A stretch of 64,000 nucleotides of DNA from Candidatus Methylomirabilis sp. Its GTDB lineage: Bacteria > Muiribacteriota > Ozemobacteria > Ozemobacterales > Ozemobacteraceae. The stretch lies in assembly GCA_020722725.1 (NCBI GenBank), contig DYKG01000003.1, forward strand, positions 45,129 through 109,128. Direction: 5' to 3'. Positions 55,774 to 64,000 of this stretch are shown here, piece after piece; position 1 is the stretch's first letter, and every line of letters begins with the position of its first letter. Both the position numbers and the translations under genes were made by a program. Below the pieces are notes generated by a model. It saw nothing but the letters and a program-made list of their open reading frames with translations, was not told where the DNA came from and ran no database searches.

Positions 55774-55872
55774 TTGCGCTCAATAAGCTTAGGCAAAATT
55801 AAAAGCTAATTCAACCGAAACCGCTTTTAGAGCGGATTTTGTTGTTTTTATCAAGAACAGGAGAAACGGGCA

Positions 55873-56352
55873 ATGACCGAAGCGCATGCAGCTATGCTGG
55901 CCGGCGTGAAAGATTTTGTCCTGCAGAATTTTCCTGAATACGAAATCTATGACGTCACTTTCAAGCCGTTCAACCGTTCTATGCTGCTCGAAGTATTTAT
56001 TGACAGCCCGGAAGGAGTTACGGTTAAAGATTGTGAAAAGGTTTCGCGGGCCCTGAGCGACCACCTTGACGAAACGGATCTCATCCACTGTACCTACACC
56101 CTGGAAGTATCTTCGCCGGGCGTTGAGCGATTGTTCAAACGCCAGGTCGATTTTGAGCGCCATGTTGGCAAGCTGGTAAAGTGGACACTGGTAAACGAAG
56201 GCCGCAAAGAGGTTTTTCGGGCCAGACTTCAGGAGTTCAGCCCCGAAAAAATTGTAGTCCGATCAGAGAAGGGGCTCCGGGAATTCCCTTTGTCAGTGGT
56301 TAAAGAAGCACATGCAGTTTTGGAATTCCCACCCAGGATGAACCGGGGATAA
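55873..56352 (+). CDS. rimP: Ribosome maturation factor RimP
   Basis: Position immediately upstream of nusA, length 159 aa, and motifs LLEVFIDSPEGVTVKDCEKVSRALSDHLD...LEVSSPG. Confidence 0.85.
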   Translation: MTEAHAAMLAGVKDFVLQNFPEYEIYDVTFKPFNRSMLLEVFIDSPEGVTVKDCEKVSRALSDHLDETDLIHCTYTLEVSSPGVERLFKRQVDFERHVGKLVKWTLVNEGRKEVFRARLQEFSPEKIVVRSEKGLREFPLSVVKEAHAVLEFPPRMNRG

Positions 56353-56366
56353 GGGGAGGTAAAAAA

Positions 56367-57440
56367 ATGGCTAAAACGAGTTTAATCGAAGCATTGAAAG
56401 AAGTTATCGGTGAAAAAAACATACCAATGTCGGTTCTGGTCAAGGCGATAGAAGAAGCACTGGTGGTTGCCTATCGAAAAAATTTCGATTCCGATGAGGA
56501 TGTTATTGTTCGCCTTGATGAGGAAACCGGTGATTTCAAGGTAATATCAAGACGCACCGTAATTGCCGGTGATGATCTTGACGACCCCGACAAGCAATAT
56601 ACTCTCGAAGAAGCCCAGGAAATCGACCCCGAAGCAGAACCAGGCGATGTTGTCGAAGAAGACGTTACACCGCCCTCCTTTGGCCGTATTGCCGCCCAGA
56701 CCGCCCGTCAGGTGGTCAGCCAGAAACTCAAGGATGCCGAACGCAACATGGTATTCGAAGAGTATCAGAGCCGGGTTGGCCAGGTTCTGACCGGCAAGGT
56801 TCAGCGGGTTGAACGCCAGCATGTATTTGTTGAATTTGCCAACACCGAAGCGGTTCTGCCACCTCGCGAGCAGATTCCCGGCGAAGTATTCCGCACCAAC
56901 GACCGAATCAAATGCTATGTTTCTGAAGTAAAGCCGACCCCCAAAGGTCCACAGATAATTCTTTCGCGCAGTTCTTCAAAGTTTGTCGAAATTCTCTTCG
57001 AACAGGCCGTTCCAGAAATCCCTGATGGCCTGGTTAAGATAAAATCTTCATCACGAGAAGCAGGACTGCGTGTAAAAATTGCGGTTGCCACCTCAGACAA
57101 CCGTGTTGACCCGGTCGGTGCCTGCGTCGGCCTTAAAGGCAGTCGCATCAAGGGTATTGTTGATGAACTGAATGGTGAAAAAATCGATATCGTCCGATAC
57201 AGTGACGATCCGGTTGAATATGTCACAAATGCACTGAGTCCAGCCAAGATTCAATCGGTAAAGGTTTCAGAAGATGGAAGTTATGCTCTCGCGATTGTAG
57301 CACAGAGCCAACTGTCTCTCGCCATCGGCAAGGAAGGTCAGAATGTAAAACTGGCTTCCAAGCTAACCGGAATAAAAATCGACATCAAAACTGAAAAAGA
57401 CATTGAAAACATGGCTTCAGACAAACACACGGAAGATTGA
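56367..57440 (+). CDS. nusA: Transcription termination/antitermination factor NusA (short form, no C-terminal acidic repeats)
   Basis: N-terminal domain, S1 domain and two KH domains (GACVGLKGSRIKGIVDELNGEKIDIV). RBS GGGGAGG. Confidence 0.9.
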   Translation: MAKTSLIEALKEVIGEKNIPMSVLVKAIEEALVVAYRKNFDSDEDVIVRLDEETGDFKVISRRTVIAGDDLDDPDKQYTLEEAQEIDPEAEPGDVVEEDVTPPSFGRIAAQTARQVVSQKLKDAERNMVFEEYQSRVGQVLTGKVQRVERQHVFVEFANTEAVLPPREQIPGEVFRTNDRIKCYVSEVKPTPKGPQIILSRSSSKFVEILFEQAVPEIPDGLVKIKSSSREAGLRVKIAVATSDNRVDPVGACVGLKGSRIKGIVDELNGEKIDIVRYSDDPVEYVTNALSPAKIQSVKVSEDGSYALAIVAQSQLSLAIGKEGQNVKLASKLTGIKIDIKTEKDIENMASDKHTED

Positions 57441-57457
57441 CATCGCGGAGGTAATGG

Positions 57458-59878
57458 ATGGGTATAAGACTACACGAAGTAAGCAAACAGTATGATTTAA
57501 GCAATAAAGAAGTAGCCGATATTCTCGGTAAGCTGGGCTATGAAGTTAAAGCTCATCAATTTTCAGCAGTAAGCGACGAAATGCTCGAAGCACTTGAGAA
57601 ACATTTCCGAAAATCTGAACCGGCAAAAGCTGAAAAACCTCAGACAAAACCCAAACCAGCTGAATCCGTTGAATTTAAAAAAGAACCGGAAAAAAAGAAG
57701 CCCGAAACTGCTGCTGTACCTCCGTCGAAGCCAGCGGTAGCCGTTTCTGAAAAGGCACCCACTCCACCGGAAAAACTTGAACGTGAACTTGAGCGTGAAC
57801 GTGAACGTGAGCGCGAAAGAGAACGTGAAAGAGCAAAAGCAGTTCTGCTTGCTGAAGAAGAAAGAATCAAAGCAGAAAAGAAAAAGCCTGGCCCCAAGCC
57901 TGTTCGTGTTGAGGAAGAAGAAGAAGTTGAAGTCAACAAGCAGATTACTATTATAAAAACTGCGCCTCCAAAGAAAGAAATCCCAACAGCGAAAAAGAAA
58001 AAGGGCAAAAACAAGAGAGCCCATTTTTCGAAAAAGGTTCAAGCCGAAATGCGCGAAGCAGAGCGTCAAACAGAAGCAATTCTCGATCGTCACGGCCGAC
58101 CGGTTCAGTTTGAAGATGAAGAAGATGACAATGCTCTTCCCAAGCTGACGGTTCCCACTGACATCACCGTAACCCAGCTTGCCAAATATCTTGAAACAGA
58201 CGCGATCGCCCTGATCAAATCCCTTTTCTCGATGGGCGTAGTTGCCAGCCTTAACCAGCGCCTCGAGCCCGAGCACATTCAGCTCATGGGCCAGGAATAC
58301 GGCAAAGAAATAGTGTTTGCCGAAGATGTAATTGAATTTGATGAAACCCCGGATCGGGAAGAAGATCTGGCCACCAGACCCCCGGTTGTAACCATCATGG
58401 GTCACGTTGACCATGGCAAGACTTCGCTGCTCGACTTCATTCGCAAGGCACATGTTGCCGACAAGGAAGTGGGTGGCATTACCCAGCATATCGGTGCCTA
58501 TCAGGTCAAGCAGGGCAATGGCGTCATTACCTTTATCGACACCCCTGGTCATGAGGCGTTTACCGCAATGAGAGCCCAGGGTGCTCTGGTGACCGATATT
58601 GCCATTCTGGTCGTGGCCGCTGATGACGGGGTTCAGCCTCAGACCATCGAAGCAATTCACCACGCCCAGGCCGCCAATGTTCCGATTATCGTTGCGATCA
58701 ACAAAATTGATAAACACGAAGCCAACCCCGAAAGCATCAAGCAGCAGCTGATGAAACACAATCTGGTTGCTGAAGAATGGGGCGGGCAGGTCACCATGGT
58801 CAAGGTCTCAGCCAAGACCGGCCAGGGAATCGATGAACTTCTTGAAATGATCATTCTACAGGCCGAAATGATGGAACTCAAAGCCAACCCCAATCGACCG
58901 GCACAGGGCACGATCATCGAAGCCCGCCTCGACAAGGGAATGGGTCCCATCGCCACCGCCTTGATTCAGAATGGGCGCGTCAGACCAGGCGACAACATTA
59001 TCTGCGGCACCAGCTTCGGCAGAGTAAAAGCTCTGATCAACGATGCCGGAGCCAGGGTTCGTGAAGCCGGCCCCGCCTTTCCGGTTGCCGTATTAGGCTT
59101 GAATGAAGTTCCCAAAGTCGGCGACAAACTTGCTGTAGTTGAAAGCGCAAAATTTGCCCGCTACGTCGGCGAATTGCGCCAGAAGAAAGCCCGCGAAGAA
59201 CGGCTTTCACGCGAAAACCGCATCAAACTTGCCGACCTGTTCAAACAGGTTACCGAAGGCCAGACCAAAGACCTCAACATTATCATCAAAGCCGATGTTC
59301 AGGGCTCATGCGGCGCATTGAAAGACACCCTCGAAAGATTGAGCACCGACGAAGTCAAGGTTAACGTCATTCACACCGGTGTCGGCGGCATAACCGAAGC
59401 CGACGTCAATCTGGCTGCCGCCAGCAATGCAATCATCATCGGGTTCCATGTCAGACCGATGACCGGCGTTGATGAAGCCGCCAAGGATGAAGACGTTGAA
59501 ATCAAGGTTTTCAAGATCATTTACGATGCCATTGACGCGATCAAGCTTGCGCTCAAAGGCATGTATGACCCGATTTACGAAGAAGAAGTGCTTGGCCGTG
59601 CCGAAGTGCGCAAAGTCTATCGTATCACCGGCGTCGGTTCGATCTGCGGCTCTTACGTTACCAATGGCCTGGTGAACCGCCAGGCATCGGTGCGCATCGT
59701 CAGAGACGGCATTGATATCTATGAAGGCAAAATTCACTCTTTGAAACGCTTTAAAGATGATGTCAGAGAAGTGCATCAGGGCTATGAATGCGGCATCAGC
59801 GTCGAGAACTTCAATGACATCAAAGACGGCGATATTCTCGAATTCTTCCAGATGAAGGAAGTCGAAAGAGAAATCTGA
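57458..59878 (+). CDS. infB: Translation initiation factor IF-2
   Basis: G-domain motifs GHVDHGKTSLLD, DTPGHEAF and NKID. Low-complexity N-terminal region with an (ER)n run. Confidence 0.95.
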   Translation: MGIRLHEVSKQYDLSNKEVADILGKLGYEVKAHQFSAVSDEMLEALEKHFRKSEPAKAEKPQTKPKPAESVEFKKEPEKKKPETAAVPPSKPAVAVSEKAPTPPEKLERELERERERERERERERAKAVLLAEEERIKAEKKKPGPKPVRVEEEEEVEVNKQITIIKTAPPKKEIPTAKKKKGKNKRAHFSKKVQAEMREAERQTEAILDRHGRPVQFEDEEDDNALPKLTVPTDITVTQLAKYLETDAIALIKSLFSMGVVASLNQRLEPEHIQLMGQEYGKEIVFAEDVIEFDETPDREEDLATRPPVVTIMGHVDHGKTSLLDFIRKAHVADKEVGGITQHIGAYQVKQGNGVITFIDTPGHEAFTAMRAQGALVTDIAILVVAADDGVQPQTIEAIHHAQAANVPIIVAINKIDKHEANPESIKQQLMKHNLVAEEWGGQVTMVKVSAKTGQGIDELLEMIILQAEMMELKANPNRPAQGTIIEARLDKGMGPIATALIQNGRVRPGDNIICGTSFGRVKALINDAGARVREAGPAFPVAVLGLNEVPKVGDKLAVVESAKFARYVGELRQKKAREERLSRENRIKLADLFKQVTEGQTKDLNIIIKADVQGSCGALKDTLERLSTDEVKVNVIHTGVGGITEADVNLAAASNAIIIGFHVRPMTGVDEAAKDEDVEIKVFKIIYDAIDAIKLALKGMYDPIYEEEVLGRAEVRKVYRITGVGSICGSYVTNGLVNRQASVRIVRDGIDIYEGKIHSLKRFKDDVREVHQGYECGISVENFNDIKDGDILEFFQMKEVEREI

Positions 59879-59885
59879 GCCGGCC

Positions 59886-60173
59886 ATGAGCATGATTGTC
59901 GCCATCGGCACCTTTGAATTGCATTTTCCTGAGGTTCACACCCTCAAGGAAAAGCGTCAGGTTCTCAGGTGCCTGCTTGACCGGGTTAAGGCCAGGTTCA
60001 ACGCTTCGATTGCCGAGGTTGACCACAACGATCTCTGGCAGCGCAGCACAATCGGAGTTGCTCTTGTGGCCAATGACCGCACACTGCTCGCCAAAATGGC
60101 GGGACGCATTGAAGAGATTCTGGCAGATCATGCTCAGGTCGAAATCAAGGATTATTATTGGGATTACGTATGA
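59886..60173 (+). CDS. DUF503 (YlxP-like) protein conserved between infB and rbfA
   Basis: 95 aa with the typical position and sequence pattern (FELHFPEVHTLKEKRQVL...). Confidence 0.75.
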   Translation: MSMIVAIGTFELHFPEVHTLKEKRQVLRCLLDRVKARFNASIAEVDHNDLWQRSTIGVALVANDRTLLAKMAGRIEEILADHAQVEIKDYYWDYV

Positions 60174-60514
60174 CCAGACGACAGGAAAAAGCACAGTCAC
60201 TTATTCTTCGCGAACTATCAGATTTGATCAACCGTAAAGTCCAGGATCCGAGAGTGCGCGGAGTTCATATCGTTTCGGTCGATATCAGCCCCGATTTTCA
60301 TCTGGCCCGGGTGTTTTTCAGCACCCTGAGCCAAGATCAAAACCCTGATGAAGTTCAGAAAGGCCTCGATTCTGCCAAGGCTTTTCTTCGACGCGAACTC
60401 AAAAAAGTAATTGAATTACGGGTTATTCCCGAGCTTGCCTTCAATTTCGATCCGTCGATACGCGAAGGCGATCAAATGCTCAATCTACTGCGTAAAATCA
60501 ATAAAGACAATTAA
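60170..60514 (+). CDS. rbfA: Ribosome-binding factor A
   Basis: RELSDLINRKVQDPRV, KH-like fold pattern. ATG 60170 overlaps the DUF503 stop (ATGA). The ORF-track TTG 60158 was not used. Confidence 0.85.
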   Translation: MTRRQEKAQSLILRELSDLINRKVQDPRVRGVHIVSVDISPDFHLARVFFSTLSQDQNPDEVQKGLDSAKAFLRRELKKVIELRVIPELAFNFDPSIREGDQMLNLLRKINKDN

Positions 60515-60535
60515 TCGAATCATGGAAATAATCTG

Positions 60536-61531
60536 ATGTATTTTAAATGGCCGAGCCCGGAGTATGATGAGCAGGCCGCTGCCATTGCCCGCATGCTCGA
60601 TCAGGCAAAGAATGTTTTCTGTATTGCCCACCCGTTTTCAGACGGCGATGCACTTGGTTCGCAGCTGGCGTTGTATCATTTCTGCAAAGCCCACCAGAAA
60701 AATTGCTGGTGCCTGAGTTTTGACCCGCTGCCCGAACAGATATCCTGGCTGGAAGGCAGTGACCGCCTGGTTTCTGAACTGCCCGCCGACGTTGATTTCG
60801 ACCTGGCATTTTTGATGGAAACCACCGATTCCAGGCGCATGGGTGACCGAGTCAGCTTTTTTGAGCGGGCCAAAACCACGGTACACCTTGACCACCACGT
60901 TGAAGTGATCGGTCTTGGCAAGATAAACCTGCTTGACGACAAGGCTTCGTCAACCTGCGAAATTCTCTACAATGTTTTCGAAAAAACCGGTAAATCGCTC
61001 AGCCAGGCTTGCTGTGCCGCGCTGTATGTAGGCATCATGACCGACACGGGCAATTTCCGCTACAACAATTCGACTCCCAGGGCTCATGACATTGTGGCAC
61101 GACTGATTGAAAATGGCCTGACCGTCGATGAAATCTACAAAAAAGTTTACGAAACCACCAATTATAACAGTGTTATCATTCATGGCCTTGCCATGTCTCG
61201 AACCGCGCAGCACTGCGGCGGCAAACTGGTAACCAGCTGGTTGAAGCTCGATGATTTTTCCCGTATCGGCGCAACCGAGGTCGATGCCGATGGCTGTATC
61301 AGGCATTTGAGCTGCATAAAGGGAATTGAGGTGGCAATTCTGTTCAAAGAAGTCGAAGGCAACAAAGTTAAAATCAGCTTCAGATCGACCGGCAAAATCG
61401 ACGTAATGGAAATCAGCCGACGCATGCATGGCGGCGGGCATAGACTGGCTGCCGGCGCCCAGGTTGACGGCGAACTTGAGCCGGTGATGCAGCAGATTAT
61501 CACCATGGTATCATCGGTGCTGGAGAGTTGA
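60536..61531 (+). CDS. nrnA: Bifunctional oligoribonuclease/pAp phosphatase NrnA (DHH/DHHA1), paralog 2 at the canonical rbfA-truB position
   Basis: IAHPFSDGDALGS, DHH motif, GGGH near the C-terminus. Confidence 0.8.
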   Translation: MYFKWPSPEYDEQAAAIARMLDQAKNVFCIAHPFSDGDALGSQLALYHFCKAHQKNCWCLSFDPLPEQISWLEGSDRLVSELPADVDFDLAFLMETTDSRRMGDRVSFFERAKTTVHLDHHVEVIGLGKINLLDDKASSTCEILYNVFEKTGKSLSQACCAALYVGIMTDTGNFRYNNSTPRAHDIVARLIENGLTVDEIYKKVYETTNYNSVIIHGLAMSRTAQHCGGKLVTSWLKLDDFSRIGATEVDADGCIRHLSCIKGIEVAILFKEVEGNKVKISFRSTGKIDVMEISRRMHGGGHRLAAGAQVDGELEPVMQQIITMVSSVLES

Positions 61532-62490
61532 AAATGACAGACGGCCTGCTTGTCGTTTACAAACCCATCGGCCTTTCTTCTCACGATGTGATCGACAAAA
61601 TTCGGCGAATTTACCGGATAAAATGCGGTCATGCCGGCACCCTCGACCCGATGGCCCAGGGCGTATTGCTGGTTTTTACCGGCAAAGCGCTGAAGTTGAT
61701 CAATTTCATAACTCCCGATCACCTCGATAAAACCTATTTAATGAAAGTTTCGCTCGGCGCAACCACCGACACTTACGATGCCACCGGGCAAATCACCTCT
61801 GCCGCCGAACAGCCCGCAGACTTCACCAGCGACGCACTGATTGCCGAACTTCGCAACTTCGTCGGCTCGTATGACCAGGTTCCGCCGGCATTTTCAGCAA
61901 TCAAAGTCGGCGGCAAACGTGCTTATGCTCTGGCCCGCGCCGGAGAAGAAGTAAAACTTTCGAGCCGCAAAGTTCATGTAACCTCTATTCGCCTGGTTCA
62001 GGACTACCATGACGGTCAGAGGCGCAACCTGGTTCTGCGGGTTCATTGCTCGCGCGGCACTTATGTACGCTCAATCGCCCATGATCTTGGCCAGAAGCTT
62101 GGTTGTGGCGGATATCTTTCTTATCTGCTGCGTGAGCGTGTCGGCAAATGGCCTTTCAATCAAGCTTTTCCATTCTGGAAAATCGAAAAGGGCATAGATT
62201 TTACCGATTCGCCTGCGTTTGTCGAGTTCTCGCATATTCTGCCCTTTCCCCGCCTGCACTTGAGTGAAGAGGCTGAAGCCAAGGTAAAGAATGGTCTTTC
62301 GATCGGTTTTAAAGACATCAGCAAAGTCGAAGGCGAAGCCCTCGATACCGAAGATGCGGGCAAAGTTCAGATTATTTCTACAACCGGCCGAGTGATGGCA
62401 ATTTACGAGCCGCGCCGCAAACCTGATAAAACGGGTAAACCGCAGGTTCGGCTGGTTCCGGTACGGGTGTTTCCTGAAGATGAAGCTTAA
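61528..62490 (+). CDS. truB: tRNA pseudouridine(55) synthase TruB
   Basis: GLLVVYKPIGLSSHDVIDKIRR...GHAGTLDPMAQGVLLV, with the catalytic Asp context. PUA-like C-terminus. Confidence 0.9.
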   Translation: MKMTDGLLVVYKPIGLSSHDVIDKIRRIYRIKCGHAGTLDPMAQGVLLVFTGKALKLINFITPDHLDKTYLMKVSLGATTDTYDATGQITSAAEQPADFTSDALIAELRNFVGSYDQVPPAFSAIKVGGKRAYALARAGEEVKLSSRKVHVTSIRLVQDYHDGQRRNLVLRVHCSRGTYVRSIAHDLGQKLGCGGYLSYLLRERVGKWPFNQAFPFWKIEKGIDFTDSPAFVEFSHILPFPRLHLSEEAEAKVKNGLSIGFKDISKVEGEALDTEDAGKVQIISTTGRVMAIYEPRRKPDKTGKPQVRLVPVRVFPEDEA

Positions 62491-63412
62491 GAATCTTCTA
62501 TCCGGAAATCTTCAGATCGGGCCATGCATTCTTGGCATCGGCACCTTTGATGGCGTACATCTCGGACATCGCGCTCTGATTGAAAAAATCATCGCCAAAG
62601 CCCGAAGATGCTCTTTGCCGGCAGTGATATTCACTTTTGACCACTCGCCCCGCAAGTTTCTCAGCCCTGAAATTTTCAAGGGCTACCTGACAACCCCTGA
62701 AGAAAAATTCAGTCTGTTGCTCGGTACCGGCATAGATTATGTGGTTTTTCGGCCATTCGACGAGGTTTTTGCCCGAGTTTCAGATCAGCGGTTTGTCGAA
62801 GATATAATTTGCGCCAACCTTGATGCCCGCACCACCTTCGTCGGCTTCAATTTCTTTTTTGGCGCGGGACGCAGCGGCACTGCCGAGCGACTGGCCGGCC
62901 TGCTGCGCAGTAATGGGCGAGAGTGCGACGTAATCGACCCGGTGAAAATCGATGGCGAAGTGGTAAGCAGCTCAATCATTCGCGAAGCAGTAGCTGCCGG
63001 TGATTTTGTCAGAGCCAACCGCTTTCTCGGCCGCGAATCTTCTTTTTCAGGCGAAGTGGTGCATGGCGATCACCGGGGCCGCGAAATGGGCTACCCGACT
63101 GCCAACCTGCAACTCGAGCAGAGTGAAAAGATTCTGCCGCCCAACGGTGTTTATGCCTGTTTCGCCGACACCCCGCACGGCAGCCATTACGCCATTGTGA
63201 ATGTCGGTTTCAGACCAACTTTCAACCGCTCAAATCATCTGCTTGAAGCTCATCTTCTCGAATTCAACCATGACCTGTATCACCGCACCATACGAATTCG
63301 CTTCGTAAAAAGAATCAGAGAAGAAAAAAAGTTTCCCGACATGGAAAGCCTGTGCCAGCAGATTCGCCTCGACCAGGCCGCCGCCGAGATGATTCTGGCT
63401 CAACCCATCTGA
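62480..63412 (+). CDS. ribF: Bifunctional riboflavin kinase / FMN adenylyltransferase RibF
   Basis: LGIGTFDGVHLGHRALI (nucleotidyltransferase) and C-terminal riboflavin-kinase motifs (GYPTANL..., NVGFRPTF). Confidence 0.9.
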   Translation: MKLKNLLSGNLQIGPCILGIGTFDGVHLGHRALIEKIIAKARRCSLPAVIFTFDHSPRKFLSPEIFKGYLTTPEEKFSLLLGTGIDYVVFRPFDEVFARVSDQRFVEDIICANLDARTTFVGFNFFFGAGRSGTAERLAGLLRSNGRECDVIDPVKIDGEVVSSSIIREAVAAGDFVRANRFLGRESSFSGEVVHGDHRGREMGYPTANLQLEQSEKILPPNGVYACFADTPHGSHYAIVNVGFRPTFNRSNHLLEAHLLEFNHDLYHRTIRIRFVKRIREEKKFPDMESLCQQIRLDQAAAEMILAQPI

Positions 63413-64000
63413 TCGGGTTCTTCTTTGATTAAAAACGTTTCAGCTATGCTGGCAATGGCTCGGGCTCGATGGCCAGCAGTCATATTAAGGTGAGTACCGT
63501 CTGCTATTGAAATTATCAGCTTTTTCACCGAACTTACTGCGTCATATCCGGCCTGCACCGCTTCTTTGGGAGCAATAAGATCGTGGGTGCCGTAGATCAT
63601 GCAAACCGGCGTGGTTATTTTATGAAAGGTCTGCAGATAATCAAGCTCGCCGGTGCGATCGGTGAATTTGCGCTTTTTCAGCCACGTCAGTGTCTGCAGA
63701 AAGGTTTCGACCGGCACGTTCACCGCAACGGTTTTGATCAGATAGCGAAAAAGATTTAGATCGGCAAGCCGATTGCGGTTCGTTACCGGAGTTGCAGTGG
63801 TAAGGCAGGCGCAGAGAACCCGCCCCAGAACCTTTATGGGAACAGTGCGATAGCCGGTCAGTGCCGAAATTCTAACCCAGGTTCGCAATAATGGCGGATA
63901 AAGAGGTATCAGACCGTATTTGAACGGCGAAGCTGCGGTGATTACCGCCGGTGCGTCAATGATGCCAGCTGCCTGCGCGGCCATGGAAAGCATTCCGCCC
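63400..64000 (-). CDS. Alpha/beta-hydrolase fold protein, C-terminal part only (gene continues past the window end)
   Basis: The translated fragment carries the C-terminal catalytic Asp/His region of alpha/beta hydrolases (...YGTHDLIAPKE...GHRARAI). The N-terminal nucleophile elbow lies beyond 64000. Confidence 0.5.
   Translation of the reverse strand, partial: GGMLSMAAQAAGIIDAPAVITAASPFKYGLIPLYPPLLRTWVRISALTGYRTVPIKVLGRVLCACLTTATPVTNRNRLADLNLFRYLIKTVAVNVPVETFLQTLTWLKKRKFTDRTGELDYLQTFHKITTPVCMIYGTHDLIAPKEAVQAGYDAVSSVKKLIISIADGTHLNMTAGHRARAIASIAETFLIKEEPDQMG

Noticed and set aside
57563-58759. 398-aa ORF (and a 124-aa ORF at 57640-58014) antisense to infB
   Set aside because: Antisense to the repetitive Glu/Lys/Arg-rich N-terminal region of IF-2, which naturally lacks stops on the opposite strand. 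The translation is F/L/S-rich with no domain.
1-64000. CRISPR arrays, transposases, integrases, phage genes, toxin-antitoxin pairs, rRNA
   Set aside because: No spaced direct-repeat array and no recognisable mobility or phage proteins in any frame. The only RNA gene found is tRNA-Arg.

Overview
Dense (about 90% coding) bacterial chromosomal segment, roughly 50% GC, from an organism that uses Shine-Dalgarno sites (GGAGG before def, recA and the 34882 gene). The phylum cannot be determined from sequence alone. The giant poly-Gly lipoproteins with CarboxypepD_reg, Ig-like and propeller modules suggest an FCB-group or candidate-phylum lineage. Housekeeping blocks: priA (5' partial)-def-fmt; rex; a STAS anti-sigma antagonist abutting a RelA/SpoT gene; a family-4 UDG; ispG; a sugar ABC transporter (two permeases plus a binding protein); anmK divergent from recA; rimP-nusA-infB-DUF503-rbfA-nrnA-truB-ribF; a second nrnA paralog. 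Accessory content: (i) two convergent giant surface lipoproteins (about 1,495 and 2,620 aa). The larger one ends a minus-strand minor-pilin operon (pseudopilin, pseudopilin, GspK-like 738-aa protein, giant protein with a C-terminal NHL beta-propeller), matching the fimU-pilVWX-pilY1 gene order. This is my best candidate for an undescribed system. (ii) A plus-strand module GGDEF(HAMP)-pseudopilin-pseudopilin-7TM::PP2C. (iii) Two further SpoIIE-type PP2C-HAMP genes, tail to tail. (iv) tRNA-Arg(CCU) embedded among four orphan secreted or membrane-protein genes. No CRISPR array, transposase, integrase or rRNA was seen. Several ORF-track starts (1840, 20401, 46430, 47549, 60158, 7822) are probably too far upstream; RBS-supported starts are given instead.
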